Shown piece by piece: positions 47,666 through 57,050 of a stretch of DNA of 64,000 nucleotides. Origin of the DNA: Candidatus Brevundimonas phytovorans. Lineage in GTDB: Bacteria > Pseudomonadota > Alphaproteobacteria > Caulobacterales > Caulobacteraceae. The notes under the pieces are model-generated. The model was not told the DNA's origin. It did not search any database and worked only from the letters and a program-made list of their open reading frames with translations. The DNA is taken from positions 1,386,472-1,450,471 of the forward strand of contig CP119309.1 in the NCBI GenBank assembly GCA_029203145.1, read 5' to 3'. The position numbers were made by a program, and so were the translations under genes. Positions within the stretch are counted from its first letter, which is position 1; the number at the start of each line of letters is the position of its first letter.

Positions 47666-47742
47666 CGGAGTGTGGCTCAGTCTGGTAGAGCACTGCGTTC
47701 GGGACGCAGGGGTCGGAGGTTCGAATCCTCTCACTCCGACCA
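47666..47742 (+). tRNA. tRNA-Pro (anticodon CGG)
   Basis: CGGAGTG/CACTCCG acceptor stem, CTGCG-TT-CGG-GA-CGCAG, GGTTCGAATCC, encoded CCA. Confidence 0.97.
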
Positions 47743-47817
47743 TTTTTCCTTACATCGTCAGATGATTTTCCCCTCGCGGGGCCGTGCTTTCGCGTCGGTG
47801 CACGCTAAGCTGGCGGC

Positions 47818-48366
47818 ATGAGCCCCCTGCCTGACCCCGCCGACATCGTCGCCTTCTGGATCAAAGCCGGACCTGATAAGTGGTTCGCCAAGGACGCCGC
47901 CTTCGATACGGCCTTCATCGAAGGATTCCAGGAAGCGCATTTCGCCGCCGCCCGCCGCGACCTCGATCATTGGGCCGCCACGCCCGAGGGCGCGCTGGCC
48001 CTGATCCTTCTGCTGGATCAACTGCCGCGCAACGCCTTCCGCGACACCGCGCACATGTTCGCCACCGACTCACTGGCGCTGATGTTCGCCAAGGCGGCGA
48101 TTGCACGCGGGCACGACCGCCATGTGGCCGCCGACCTGCGCCCCTTCATCCTCATGCCCCTGATGCATTCCGAATCCCTGGCGGACCAGGAAAGACTTCT
48201 GACCCTGCTGAACCCGGAAGAAGCGCCGGACACCTTCAAATTCGCCGTCATCCATCGCGACATCATCGCCCGCTTCGGGCGATACCCTCATCGCAACGCC
48301 TCCCTGGGTCGAGAAACAACCGAGGATGAGGCGATCTTCCTGAAATCAGGCGGCTTTGCGGGCTGA
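47818..48366 (+). CDS. DUF924 family protein
   Basis: FW...WFAKD..FD, LLDQLPRN.FR, MPLMHSESL.DQ, RFGRYPHRN. Confidence 0.9.
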   Translation: MSPLPDPADIVAFWIKAGPDKWFAKDAAFDTAFIEGFQEAHFAAARRDLDHWAATPEGALALILLLDQLPRNAFRDTAHMFATDSLALMFAKAAIARGHDRHVAADLRPFILMPLMHSESLADQERLLTLLNPEEAPDTFKFAVIHRDIIARFGRYPHRNASLGRETTEDEAIFLKSGGFAG

Positions 48367-48445
48367 ACGCCACGGCTCGCGGTTGCTTTTTCGATATGGC
48401 AAAGCTAGAGAAATGAGGCTTTTTCAACAACCATAAGCCATAATC

Positions 48446-49615
48446 ATGACCCATTTTGCACGCGGTCTGACTGCCGCCGCCTTGACCCTCCTGCTGACAT
48501 CCCCGGCCGAAGCGCAGATCTTTGGTCGCCGCAGCAACGAGTCGGCGGCGACGGTCATCAACGAAACGCCGCGTTGCACTCAGAACCTCGGCACGGTGAC
48601 GATCGCCGACACCCAAGGGGCCTTGTTCAATCAACTGGGCCTCGGCGCGCCGTCTGAACTGCTGCGCTATCTGGTCCGCGAATCCGGCTGCTTCACATTG
48701 ATCGAACGCGGGCCGGGCATGGACGTGGTCGAGCGCGAACGCGGCCTGGGCGCCGCCGGGCGCATCCGCACCGCAGATTTCGTCCTGGTCGCCGAGTTGG
48801 CCAATCCGATCGAAGCGGACAGCGGCGACAGCCGTCGGGGCCTGCTTGGCTCCCTGGCCTCCAGTGGGGGGCGCATACTGCTGCAAGCCGGCGTCGCCGC
48901 GGTCACGGGGGGCGAAGGCGCCGAAATGGGCGCAGGCATGTCCCAGATGCTCTCTGCGGGCGCCAACGCGGCCGGCAATCAGTTGGACCAGGCGCTGAGC
49001 AATCGCACCGTCAACGCCATCAAGGACCTCAAGAAGGACCTCGCCAAGGGCAAGGAGGGCGCTCAGGTCGTCTTCTCCCTGTCCAGCGTGCCCCTGGCGG
49101 AAACCGTGGGCTACACTCGCGCGCTGGCGAACAAGGACGACTGGCGCCGCCTGCGCATCCGCGACAATCAATTCGGCGGCCGCGTCGGCGCCGGCTATGA
49201 GACCGAGGATGAGGGCAAGACCGTCGCCCTGGCCTTCGTTCGCGGCTACGCCGACCTCGTGACCAGCCTGGGCGGCACGGGCTCGACGGTGCCGGAAGTC
49301 ACCCTTGCCAACCGTGAAGCCCTCCGCGCCCAGGCCAGCGCAGAAGCCGCCCAGGCCGCGCGTCGCCCTGAACCCGCCCGGCCGGGACGCGGGCGTCAGG
49401 AACAGCGCGGCGCCCCGCAACCTGCCGCGACCAGCTACACCCTCGCCAGAGCGTCCATCCTGCGCAGCGCGCCGGGCGGCGACGTCGTTCGCCCGATGGC
49501 CGCCGAGGACACCGTCTTCCCGACCGGCAACACAGACGGAGACTGGATCGAAGTTCTGGACGCCGACGACAACGTCGGGTGGCTGCAGCGCGATCGCCTG
49601 ACGACCGAAGACTGA
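48446..49615 (+). CDS. Secreted CsgG/HfaB-like protein with C-terminal SH3-like domain
   Basis: Signal peptide; PRC...LGTV, SGCFTLIERG, ADFVL; C-terminal ILRSAP...DWIEV...VGWL. Confidence 0.7.
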   Translation: MTHFARGLTAAALTLLLTSPAEAQIFGRRSNESAATVINETPRCTQNLGTVTIADTQGALFNQLGLGAPSELLRYLVRESGCFTLIERGPGMDVVERERGLGAAGRIRTADFVLVAELANPIEADSGDSRRGLLGSLASSGGRILLQAGVAAVTGGEGAEMGAGMSQMLSAGANAAGNQLDQALSNRTVNAIKDLKKDLAKGKEGAQVVFSLSSVPLAETVGYTRALANKDDWRRLRIRDNQFGGRVGAGYETEDEGKTVALAFVRGYADLVTSLGGTGSTVPEVTLANREALRAQASAEAAQAARRPEPARPGRGRQEQRGAPQPAATSYTLARASILRSAPGGDVVRPMAAEDTVFPTGNTDGDWIEVLDADDNVGWLQRDRLTTED

Positions 49616-49671
49616 ACATCGCCCGCCGCTCATGTCAGGGCGGCGGCGCTTGAACCCTACAGGAGTTTACC

Positions 49672-50631
49672 TTGAACAAGCCTATGATGGCCCGCGGCCT
49701 CGCCCCCGCCCTGGCCGTGCTGATGGCCGCCTCTGCCCTGCCGACCGCCTCGGAAGCTCAGGCGCGCCGCAGCAACGCCCAGCAGACCCAGGACGCGCAA
49801 ATGGCCCAGATCCCGCGCTGCGCCCGCAGCCTGGGCACCCTCACCCTGGCCGACGGTCAGTCCGACTACTGGCGCGAGCTGCAGCTTTCGCCGCCGCAAA
49901 CCCTGCTGCGCGTCGTGATCCAGCGTTCGGGCTGCTTCACCCTGGTGGACCGCGGCACAGGCATGAGCGTCGCCCAGCGCGAGCGTGAACTGGCCTCGGG
50001 CGGCAACCTGCAGCGTGGCTCCAACGTCGGCGGCGGTCAGGTGCGGGCGGCGGACTTTGTCCTCGTCGGCGAAATCGCCAGCCAGAACGCCAACTCGGGC
50101 GGCAGCGCCCTGGCCGGCCTGGCCGGCGCCGCCATCGGCGGCCGCGCCGGCGCCATCGTCGGCGGTCTGCGCACGCGCCGGATGGAGGCCAATACGGTCC
50201 TGTCCCTGACCAATGTCCGCACCTCGGAAACGGCGGCCGTGGCCGAAGGCTACGCCTCCAAGAGCGACATGAGCTGGGGCCTGGGCGCCGGCGGCTTCGG
50301 CGCGGGCGCGCTCGGCGGCGGCAGCTACGAGAACACCGAGATCGGCCGCATCGTGTCGCAGGCCTTCATCCAGGCCTATGCCGACATGGTCATGCAGATG
50401 GGCGGCCTCGACGGCGGCTCGCCGGCCCATGAAGCGCCGGTCCAGAGCTATACGGTGCAGCAAGCCTCGACGCTGCGCTCGCGGCCGAATGGCGGCTCGG
50501 TCGTGCGCGCCCTGCCCACGGGCCTGCGCCTCTATCCGACCGGCAACCGCGAGGGCCCCTGGTGGGAGGTCCTTGACGACAACGACAACCTCGGATGGGT
50601 CCAGAACGAACGCCTGGCTCCGGGTCGCTGA
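49672..50631 (+). CDS. Secreted CsgG/HfaB-like protein with C-terminal SH3-like domain (paralog)
   Basis: PRC...LGTL, SGCFTLVDRG, QRERELA...RAADF; TLRSRP...WWEV...LGWV; TTG start after AGGAG. Confidence 0.75.
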   Translation: MNKPMMARGLAPALAVLMAASALPTASEAQARRSNAQQTQDAQMAQIPRCARSLGTLTLADGQSDYWRELQLSPPQTLLRVVIQRSGCFTLVDRGTGMSVAQRERELASGGNLQRGSNVGGGQVRAADFVLVGEIASQNANSGGSALAGLAGAAIGGRAGAIVGGLRTRRMEANTVLSLTNVRTSETAAVAEGYASKSDMSWGLGAGGFGAGALGGGSYENTEIGRIVSQAFIQAYADMVMQMGGLDGGSPAHEAPVQSYTVQQASTLRSRPNGGSVVRALPTGLRLYPTGNREGPWWEVLDDNDNLGWVQNERLAPGR

Positions 50632-50655
50632 TCCTGGCCGAACCGACTAAATGGA

Positions 50656-50692
50656 AGAGCGCCCGCTGACCTCATCGGCGGGCGCTTTTCTG
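50656..50692 (+). terminator. Intrinsic terminator
   Basis: AGCGCCCGC...GCGGGCGCT stem followed by TTTCT. Confidence 0.7.
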
Positions 50693-50706
50693 TTGCCCTC
50701 TCGTAA

Positions 50707-50816
50707 CCGCTCATCCCGGCGGACGCCGGGATCCAGTCCTTTGGCTGCATCCAAGGTCATTTCGGTTCGGTGTGCAGTGGCTCTTACTGGATCCCGGCGT
50801 CCGCCGGGATGAGCGG
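50707..50816. repeat. REP/CIR-like bipartite palindromic element
   Basis: Two perfectly inverted 31-nt arms (50707-50737, 50786-50816), each with an internal CCCGGC-GGAC-GCCGGG type hairpin; 48-nt spacer. Confidence 0.85.
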
Positions 50817-50897
50817 GGATAAGGAACCCGACTTTTCTGTGAGCAAGCGAATCAGACGTCTGCCCAGCGACACGAATCAGCGGCATCCTCCCTTCCC

Positions 50898-51755
50898 ATG
50901 ACCGCCGCACTCGCCCTCGCCGATCTGGAAACGCTCAGCGGGGCGGCCCCGGCCGATCACCCCGAGTGGCAGTATCTCAACCTGCTGCGCGACATCCTCG
51001 ACAACGGCGTGCGCCGCGACGACCGCACTGGCACCGGAACTCTCGGCGTCTTCGGGCGGCAGATCCGTTTTGACCTGTCGAAGGGCTTTCCCCTTCTGAC
51101 CACCAAGAAGCTGCACACGCGCTCGATCTTCATCGAGCTGCTGTGGTTCCTGCGCGGCGAGACCAATATCGGCTGGCTCAAGGACAACGGCGTCGGCATC
51201 TGGGACGAATGGGCCGACGCCAACGGCGACCTCGGCCCCGTCTATGGCAAGCAATGGCGCTCCTGGGCCGCCCCGAACGGCCAGAGCATCGACCAGATCG
51301 AAAAGCTGGTCCACGGCCTGAAGACCAATCCCAACAGCCGCCGCCACATCGTCAGCGCCTGGAACCCGGCTGACGTCGACGACATGGCCCTGCCGCCCTG
51401 CCACTGCCTGTTCCAGTTCTTCGTCGCCGACGGCAAACTGAGCTGCCAGCTGTATCAGCGCAGCGCCGACGTCTTCCTCGGCGTGCCGTTCAACATCGCC
51501 TCCTACGCCCTGCTGACCCTGATGCTGGCTCAGGTGCTGGGGCTGGAGCCCGGCGACTTCGTCCACACCTTCGGCGACGCCCACCTGTATCTGAACCATC
51601 TGGAGCAGGCCGAGCTGCAACTTAGCCGCCAACCCCTGCCCTTGCCGACCCTGACCGTCGCGCCCAAGTCGGACCTGTTCGCCTATGAGCTGTCGGACTT
51701 CGTCCTCAGCGACTACGCCCCCTGGCCGCACATCAAGGCCGCCGTCGCGGTCTGA
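50898..51755 (+). CDS. thyA: Thymidylate synthase
   Basis: [49 protein letters not shown]. Confidence 0.97.
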   Translation: MTAALALADLETLSGAAPADHPEWQYLNLLRDILDNGVRRDDRTGTGTLGVFGRQIRFDLSKGFPLLTTKKLHTRSIFIELLWFLRGETNIGWLKDNGVGIWDEWADANGDLGPVYGKQWRSWAAPNGQSIDQIEKLVHGLKTNPNSRRHIVSAWNPADVDDMALPPCHCLFQFFVADGKLSCQLYQRSADVFLGVPFNIASYALLTLMLAQVLGLEPGDFVHTFGDAHLYLNHLEQAELQLSRQPLPLPTLTVAPKSDLFAYELSDFVLSDYAPWPHIKAAVAV

Positions 51756-51760
51756 CCCCC

Positions 51761-52075
51761 ATGAAGATCGCTGACCTCAAGGCGGACGTCCTCCGCATCT
51801 CCGACATCTATGCACGCGAGCATTCCATCGACCGCGACCGTGACTGGGCCCTGCTCAAGCTGCAGGAGGAACTCGGCGAGTTGACCAAGGAACACCTCAA
51901 CCTCACCGGACGCGCCCGCGGCGCGCCCGACGCCTCTGCCCTCGGCGACGAGGCCGCCGACGTGCTGGGGATGCTGCTGATCTACTGCGACCACGCAGGC
52001 ATCGACATCGAAGCCGCCATGCAGCGTAAATGGCTGAAGTGGCTGGCGCCGGAAGCGCTCAAGACCGAAGCGTAA
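51761..52075 (+). CDS. MazG-like all-alpha NTP pyrophosphohydrolase
   Basis: LKLQEELGEL...DEAADVL acidic motif pair. Confidence 0.8.
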   Translation: MKIADLKADVLRISDIYAREHSIDRDRDWALLKLQEELGELTKEHLNLTGRARGAPDASALGDEAADVLGMLLIYCDHAGIDIEAAMQRKWLKWLAPEALKTEA

Positions 52076-52166
52076 ACTCCCGTAACATCGTATGGTGAAC
52101 GCCTGAGACTCGGCGCACCCTCCCCTGATCCGCGTCGCTGCGGGCGCATGAAACGGGAGGGTTGTC

Positions 52167-52838
52167 ATGTTGAAGAAGTTTGCGGCCGAACTGGTCGGGA
52201 CGATGGTTCTGGTGCTGTTCGGGTGCGGCGCCGCCGTGCTGGGCGGGTTCGACCATGTGGGACAGTTGGGCATCGCCCTGGCCTTCGGCTTCGCCATCAT
52301 CGCCATGGCCTATGGCATCGGGCCGGTGTCGGGTTGCCACGTCAATCCGGCGGTCAGCCTGGGCGTCTTCGTCGCCGGGCGGATGAGCGCCAGGGACATG
52401 GTCATCTACTGGATCGCCCAGTTCATCGGCGCCGTCGTCGGCGCGGCCATCCTCGGCCTGATCGCCAAGACTGGTTTCGCCAATCTGGGTCAGAACGGCT
52501 TCGACGCCGGATCGCCCGGCGGATACGGCCTGCACGCGGCCCTGATCTTCGAGATCGTCGCCACAGCCATCTTCATCATCGCCATTCTGGGCGTGACGGG
52601 GGCCAAGGGGCATGGCGCCTTCGCCGGCGTCGCCATCGGCATCACCCTGGCGGTCATCCACATCGTCGGCATCCAGGTGACGGGCGTGTCGGTCAATCCG
52701 GCTCGCAGCTTCGGCCCAGCCTTGCTGGCTGGCGGCCAGGCCCTGAGCCAGGTCTGGGTCTTCTTCGTCGCCCCTGCCGTCGGCGCGGTGATCGGCGCGC
52801 TCTTCTTCCGCTTGAAACTGCTCGAGCCAGAGGCCTAA
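52167..52838 (+). CDS. aqpZ: Aquaporin (MIP family)
   Basis: SGCHVNPAVS and SVNPARS double NPA motifs. Confidence 0.92.
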   Translation: MLKKFAAELVGTMVLVLFGCGAAVLGGFDHVGQLGIALAFGFAIIAMAYGIGPVSGCHVNPAVSLGVFVAGRMSARDMVIYWIAQFIGAVVGAAILGLIAKTGFANLGQNGFDAGSPGGYGLHAALIFEIVATAIFIIAILGVTGAKGHGAFAGVAIGITLAVIHIVGIQVTGVSVNPARSFGPALLAGGQALSQVWVFFVAPAVGAVIGALFFRLKLLEPEA

Positions 52839-52890
52839 GTCCGGATAAGGGGGCGGTGTTCAGCCGCCCCCGTCTTTCGGAGCCTGTCCA

Positions 52891-53418
52891 GTGTCCATTC
52901 CCAAGATCGCCCTCGTCGTCGCCCGCGCCAGAAACGGCGTCATCGGACGCGACGGCGACCTGCCGTGGCGGCTGCGCTCCGACCTGCAACGTTTCAAGGC
53001 CATCACCGTCGGCAAGCCCTGCATCATGGGCCGCAAGACCTGGGAAAGCCTGCCGCTCAAACCCCTTCCCGGCCGCCTGAACATCGTCCTGACCAAGGAC
53101 GGCTCCTATGAGTCTGAAGGCATGTCCAAGGGCGCGCTGGTCTGCTCCAATCTGGGCGAGGCCCTGTCCATCGCCCGTGAAACCGCCGAGGAAGACGGCG
53201 TGGACGAGGTCTGCATCATCGGCGGCACCGCCCTGTTCGAGATGGCCCTGCCCCGCGCCCAGCGCCTCTACATCACCGAGGTCGACGCCGAGCCGGAAGG
53301 CGACGCCCGTTTCCCTGCCTTTGACGAGAGCGCCTTCGTCGAGACGGCGTCCGAGCCCCATCCGGCGGGCGAGAAGGACGACCACGCCTTCACCTTCCGC
53401 ACCCTGGACCGCCGCTAG
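52891..53418 (+). CDS. folA: Dihydrofolate reductase
   Basis: NGVIG, LPWRL.SDLQRFK, MGRKTWESL, LPGRLNIVLT, IIGG; GTG start. Confidence 0.95.
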   Translation: MSIPKIALVVARARNGVIGRDGDLPWRLRSDLQRFKAITVGKPCIMGRKTWESLPLKPLPGRLNIVLTKDGSYESEGMSKGALVCSNLGEALSIARETAEEDGVDEVCIIGGTALFEMALPRAQRLYITEVDAEPEGDARFPAFDESAFVETASEPHPAGEKDDHAFTFRTLDRR

Positions 53419-53427
53419 ATCGGAGAC

Positions 53428-53754
53428 ATGACCATGCTCGTCGCCACCACCAATGACCTGCCCGGCCACCGCATCGTACGCCATATCGGCATGGTGCGCG
53501 GCGTCACCGTGCGCTCTCGCAACGTCATCTCCGACGCCATCGGCGGTGTGCAGTCGATGATCGGCGGGCGCGTAGGCGCCTATGTGAAGCTGGCCGAGGC
53601 CGCGCGTCAGGAAGCCTATGACGAACTGGTCGCCCATGCGCGCGACATGGGCGCCAACGCCATCCTGGCCATGCGCTACGACGCCAACGAGATCATGCCC
53701 GGCGTGACCGAGGTCCTGGCCTATGGCACGGCCGTGGTGGTCGAACCGGCCTGA
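53428..53754 (+). CDS. ybjQ: YbjQ (UPF0145) family protein
   Basis: TTNDLPG, GMVRG, GANAI..MRYD, AYGTAV. Confidence 0.9.
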   Translation: MTMLVATTNDLPGHRIVRHIGMVRGVTVRSRNVISDAIGGVQSMIGGRVGAYVKLAEAARQEAYDELVAHARDMGANAILAMRYDANEIMPGVTEVLAYGTAVVVEPA

Positions 53755-53758
53755 CGGA

Positions 53759-54568
53759 TCAGGCGGCGGGGATCACCGCCCCGTCGTACTTCCTGGCGAT
53801 GAAGTCCTTGACCGCCTGACTGCGCAGCGCCGTAGCCAGGGCTTGAACGCGCGGGTCGTTCTGGTTGTCCGGGCGCGCCACCAGATAGTTGACGTAGGGG
53901 CTGTCGGCGCCTTCCAGCGACAGGGCGTCCGTCTTCGGCTTCAGCCCGGCGTCCAGCGCATAGTTGGTGTTGATCACCGCCGCATCGACCTGGGGCAGGA
54001 TGCGCGGAATGGTGGCGGCCTCGACCTCCTGGAACTTCAGGCCCTTGGGGTTGGTCGCGATGTCGCGCACCGTCTGCAGCGGATTGGCCGGGTCGCGCAG
54101 GGTGATCAGGCCGGCGCTTTGCAGCAGCAGCAGCGAACGCCCGGTGTTCGAGGCGTCGTTCGGCAGCACCACCTGCGCCCCGTTCGGGATCGCCGCCAGC
54201 GTCGTGTGCTTCCTGGAATAGAGGCCCAGCGGCTCAACATGAACCCCAGCGACCACCACCAGATCGGCGCCGCGCGCGGCATTGAACTCGTCCAGATAGG
54301 GCTTGGTCTGGAAGTAGTTCACATCCAGCCGTTTTTCAGACAGTTGCACGTTCGGTTGAACGTAGTCGTTGAAGACCTTGATCTCGATCGGCACGCCCTC
54401 GGCGGCCAGGATCGGTTTCACGACCTCCAGGATCTCGGCGTGCGGCACGGCGGTGGCGCCGACCAGAAGCGGCGCGCCTTCAGCGCCGGCCTTCTTGCCC
54501 GCGCCCTGGCCGCAGGCGGCGAGCGTCAGGACAGCGACGGCGGACAGCAGCAGCGAACGGCGGATCAT
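53759..54568 (-). CDS. metQ: Methionine ABC binding lipoprotein
   Basis: LAAC lipobox, PHAEIL, FNDYVQPN, NYFQT.PYL, PNDASN.GRSL. Confidence 0.93.
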   Translation of the reverse strand: MIRRSLLLSAVAVLTLAACGQGAGKKAGAEGAPLLVGATAVPHAEILEVVKPILAAEGVPIEIKVFNDYVQPNVQLSEKRLDVNYFQTKPYLDEFNAARGADLVVVAGVHVEPLGLYSRKHTTLAAIPNGAQVVLPNDASNTGRSLLLLQSAGLITLRDPANPLQTVRDIATNPKGLKFQEVEAATIPRILPQVDAAVINTNYALDAGLKPKTDALSLEGADSPYVNYLVARPDNQNDPRVQALATALRSQAVKDFIARKYDGAVIPAA

Positions 54569-54586
54569 GGGCGGGCTCTCAGGAAA

Positions 54587-55243
54587 TCAGCGGTGCGAGA
54601 CCTTAGCGACCAGACGGTCGCCGATCATCTGCAGAATTTGTACGAGGATCAGCAGCAGAACTACGGTCACGACCATGACATCGGTCTGGAAGCGCTGATA
54701 GCCAAAGCGCACGGCCAGGTCGCCCAGACCCCCCGCGCCGACCACGCCCGCCATGGCGGTGTAGCTGACCAAGGCGATGGCTGTGACCGTGACTCCGGCG
54801 ATGATGCCCGGCATGGCCTCGGGCAGCAGGGCCCGTGTGACGATCTGGAAGGTCGAGCCGCCCATGGCCTGGGTCGCCTCGACCACGCCCTTGTCCACTT
54901 CGCGCAGCGCCGTCTCGACCAGTCGCGCATAAAAGGGCGCGGCCCCCACGACCAGAGGCGGAATGGCGCCAGCCACCCCCAGCGAGGTGCCGACCAGCAG
55001 CACCGTCACCGGCAGCATGACGATCAGCAGGATGATGAAGGGCACCGATCGCAGCACGTTGACGATCAGCGACAGCCCGGCGTTCAGCACAGGATTCGAG
55101 GCCAACCGCCCCTTGCCCGACAGATAGAGCAGCACGCCCAGCGGCACGCCCAGAATGACGGTCAGCACCAGCGACCCGCCCAGCATCAACAGGGTGTCGA
55201 TGGTGGCGCGGCCGATCTCGGCCCAATCAACGTTGTCGAACAT
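54587..55243 (-). CDS. metI: Methionine ABC permease
   Basis: NVLRSVPFIIL, PFYARLVE, EATQAMG, GGLGDLA.RFGYQRF. Confidence 0.94.
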   Translation of the reverse strand: MFDNVDWAEIGRATIDTLLMLGGSLVLTVILGVPLGVLLYLSGKGRLASNPVLNAGLSLIVNVLRSVPFIILLIVMLPVTVLLVGTSLGVAGAIPPLVVGAAPFYARLVETALREVDKGVVEATQAMGGSTFQIVTRALLPEAMPGIIAGVTVTAIALVSYTAMAGVVGAGGLGDLAVRFGYQRFQTDVMVVTVVLLLILVQILQMIGDRLVAKVSHR

Positions 55244-56232
55244 CAGACCGCCTCTACCGTCACGCCGCGCGCGGTCAGTTGCGCCACGGCCGCCTCGGCG
55301 TCGCCGCCGGTGAAGGCCACGACCAACTGGCCATAGGGCTCGCCCCGGATACGGCTGATCCGCCCCGACAGGATGGAATAGTCCACGCCCACCGTCCGCG
55401 CCACGCGGCTCAGCTCGGGCTCATAGGTCGAGCCGCCGCGGAAGGTCAGCCTGGCCATCCGCGCGCCGGCGGGCACGACTGAGGCGTCGAACGCCTCTTC
55501 GCCCTCGGCCAGCATGGCGCGGGTCACGGCGTGCTGCGGATGCAGGAAGACGTCGGCCGTCGCGCCCTGCTCCACGATCCGACCGTCCTTCAGCACCGCC
55601 ACGCGGTCACAGACGCGGCGCACCACCTCCATCTGGTGGGTGATCAGGACGATGGTCAGGCCCAGGTCGCGGTTCAGACCGTCCAGCAGGGTCAGGATGT
55701 CCTCGGTCGTCTCTGGGTCCAATGCGCTGGTCGCCTCGTCGCACAGCAGGACGCTGGGACCGCAGGCCAGGGCGCGGGCGATGCCGACGCGCTGCTTCTG
55801 ACCGCCCGACAGCTGGGCCGGATGCTTCTTGGCGTGTTCCGCCAGACCCAGCTGATCCAGCAACTGCGCCGTGCGCGCCTTCACCTCGGCCTCGGGCCGC
55901 CCCTCCAGCCGCAGGGGAAAGGCGACATTGTCCTCGATGGTCTTGGCGTTCAGCAGGTTGAAATGCTGGAAGATCATGCCGATCCGCCGCCGGGCGGCGC
56001 GCAACTCGGCGGGCTTCAACGCCGTGATTTCCTGATCGTCGACGAAGATGCGGCCCGCGTCGGGCGTCTCCAGCCGGTTGATAGCGCGGATCAGGGTCGA
56101 CTTGCCCGCGCCGGAACGCCCGACCACGCCGAACACCTCGCCGCGCCCGATGGTCAGGTCAACGGCGTCCAGCGCAGTGCGCTCGCCCGCCGCGCTGCGA
56201 TAGCGCCGGGTCACACCCTCCAGTCGGATCAT
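55243..56232 (-). CDS. metN: Methionine ABC ATPase
   Basis: GRSGAGKST, MIFQHFNLL, LSGGQKQR, CDEATSALDP; C-terminal NIL-like domain. Confidence 0.94.
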   Translation of the reverse strand: MIRLEGVTRRYRSAAGERTALDAVDLTIGRGEVFGVVGRSGAGKSTLIRAINRLETPDAGRIFVDDQEITALKPAELRAARRRIGMIFQHFNLLNAKTIEDNVAFPLRLEGRPEAEVKARTAQLLDQLGLAEHAKKHPAQLSGGQKQRVGIARALACGPSVLLCDEATSALDPETTEDILTLLDGLNRDLGLTIVLITHQMEVVRRVCDRVAVLKDGRIVEQGATADVFLHPQHAVTRAMLAEGEEAFDASVVPAGARMARLTFRGGSTYEPELSRVARTVGVDYSILSGRISRIRGEPYGQLVVAFTGGDAEAAVAQLTARGVTVEAV

Positions 56233-56233
56233 T

Positions 56234-56632
56234 CTAGTCGGCGTCCAGGGCGGCGGCGGGGATGATGGTCACGCTCTCGCCGCAGCCGCAGGCGTCGGTC
56301 TCGTTCGGATTGCGGAACACGAACTTGGACGCCAGCTTGGTCGTCTCATAGTCGATCTCCGAGCCGATCAGGAACAGCACGGCCTTGGGCTCGATCAGGA
56401 TGGTGACGCCCTTGTCCTCGACCACCTCGTCCAGCGGCTCGATCTGTTCGGCATAGGCGAAGGTGTATTCCTGCCCGGCGCAGCCGCCGTTCTTCACCCC
56501 GACGCGCAAGCCGACGTAGTCCTTCTCCGCGTTGGACATGATCTCGCGCACGCGCGCGGCGGCGGCGTCGGTCAGGGTCACGGCCTTGGGACGGGGGCGG
56601 CGCGGTCGGGCGGCGGTCTGAAGCTCGGTCAT
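56234..56632 (-). CDS. sufA: A-type Fe-S carrier
   Basis: GCAG, IDY, CGCGES. Confidence 0.93.
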   Translation of the reverse strand: MTELQTAARPRRPRPKAVTLTDAAAARVREIMSNAEKDYVGLRVGVKNGGCAGQEYTFAYAEQIEPLDEVVEDKGVTILIEPKAVLFLIGSEIDYETTKLASKFVFRNPNETDACGCGESVTIIPAAALDAD

Positions 56633-56642
56633 CGCTGCGTCC

Positions 56643-57050
56643 TCAGAACATGTTCAGGGCCAGCTTGGCCTCGTCGCTCATCTTGGAGGAGTCCCACGGC
56701 GGGTCGAACACCAGATTGGCCCGCGCCGACTTCACGCCCGGCACCTTCTTGACCGCCTCCTCGACCCAGCCCGGCATTTCGCCAGCCACGGGACAGCCCG
56801 GCGCCGTCAGCGTCATCTCGACCAGAACGTCGCGGTCGTCGGACACATCGACCTTGTAGATCAGGCCCAGCTCATAGATGTCGACCGGAATTTCCGGGTC
56901 GTACACCGTCTTCAGCGCCTCGATCAGGTCGTCGGTCAGCTTGTCCAGCTCAGCCTGCGACAGGGCGCTCTTTTGCGGCTCGTCCCAGCTGGCGGCGAAG
57001 GCGTCGCTGTCGCTGATGGCGGTTTCGGTCTTGGCGTCGTCCATACTCAT
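56643..57050 (-). CDS. sufT: SUF system DUF59 protein
   Basis: DPEIPVDIYELGLIY, MTLTAPGCP, PPWD. Confidence 0.9.
   Translation of the reverse strand: MSMDDAKTETAISDSDAFAASWDEPQKSALSQAELDKLTDDLIEALKTVYDPEIPVDIYELGLIYKVDVSDDRDVLVEMTLTAPGCPVAGEMPGWVEEAVKKVPGVKSARANLVFDPPWDSSKMSDEAKLALNMF

Noticed and set aside
48446-50631. Curli secretion or holdfast anchor locus
   Set aside because: No curlin repeats, csgE/F or hfaA/D genes; no lipobox; extra SH3-like domains.
50707-50816. CRISPR array
   Set aside because: Only two arms, in inverted rather than direct orientation; no spacer series and no cas genes anywhere in the window.
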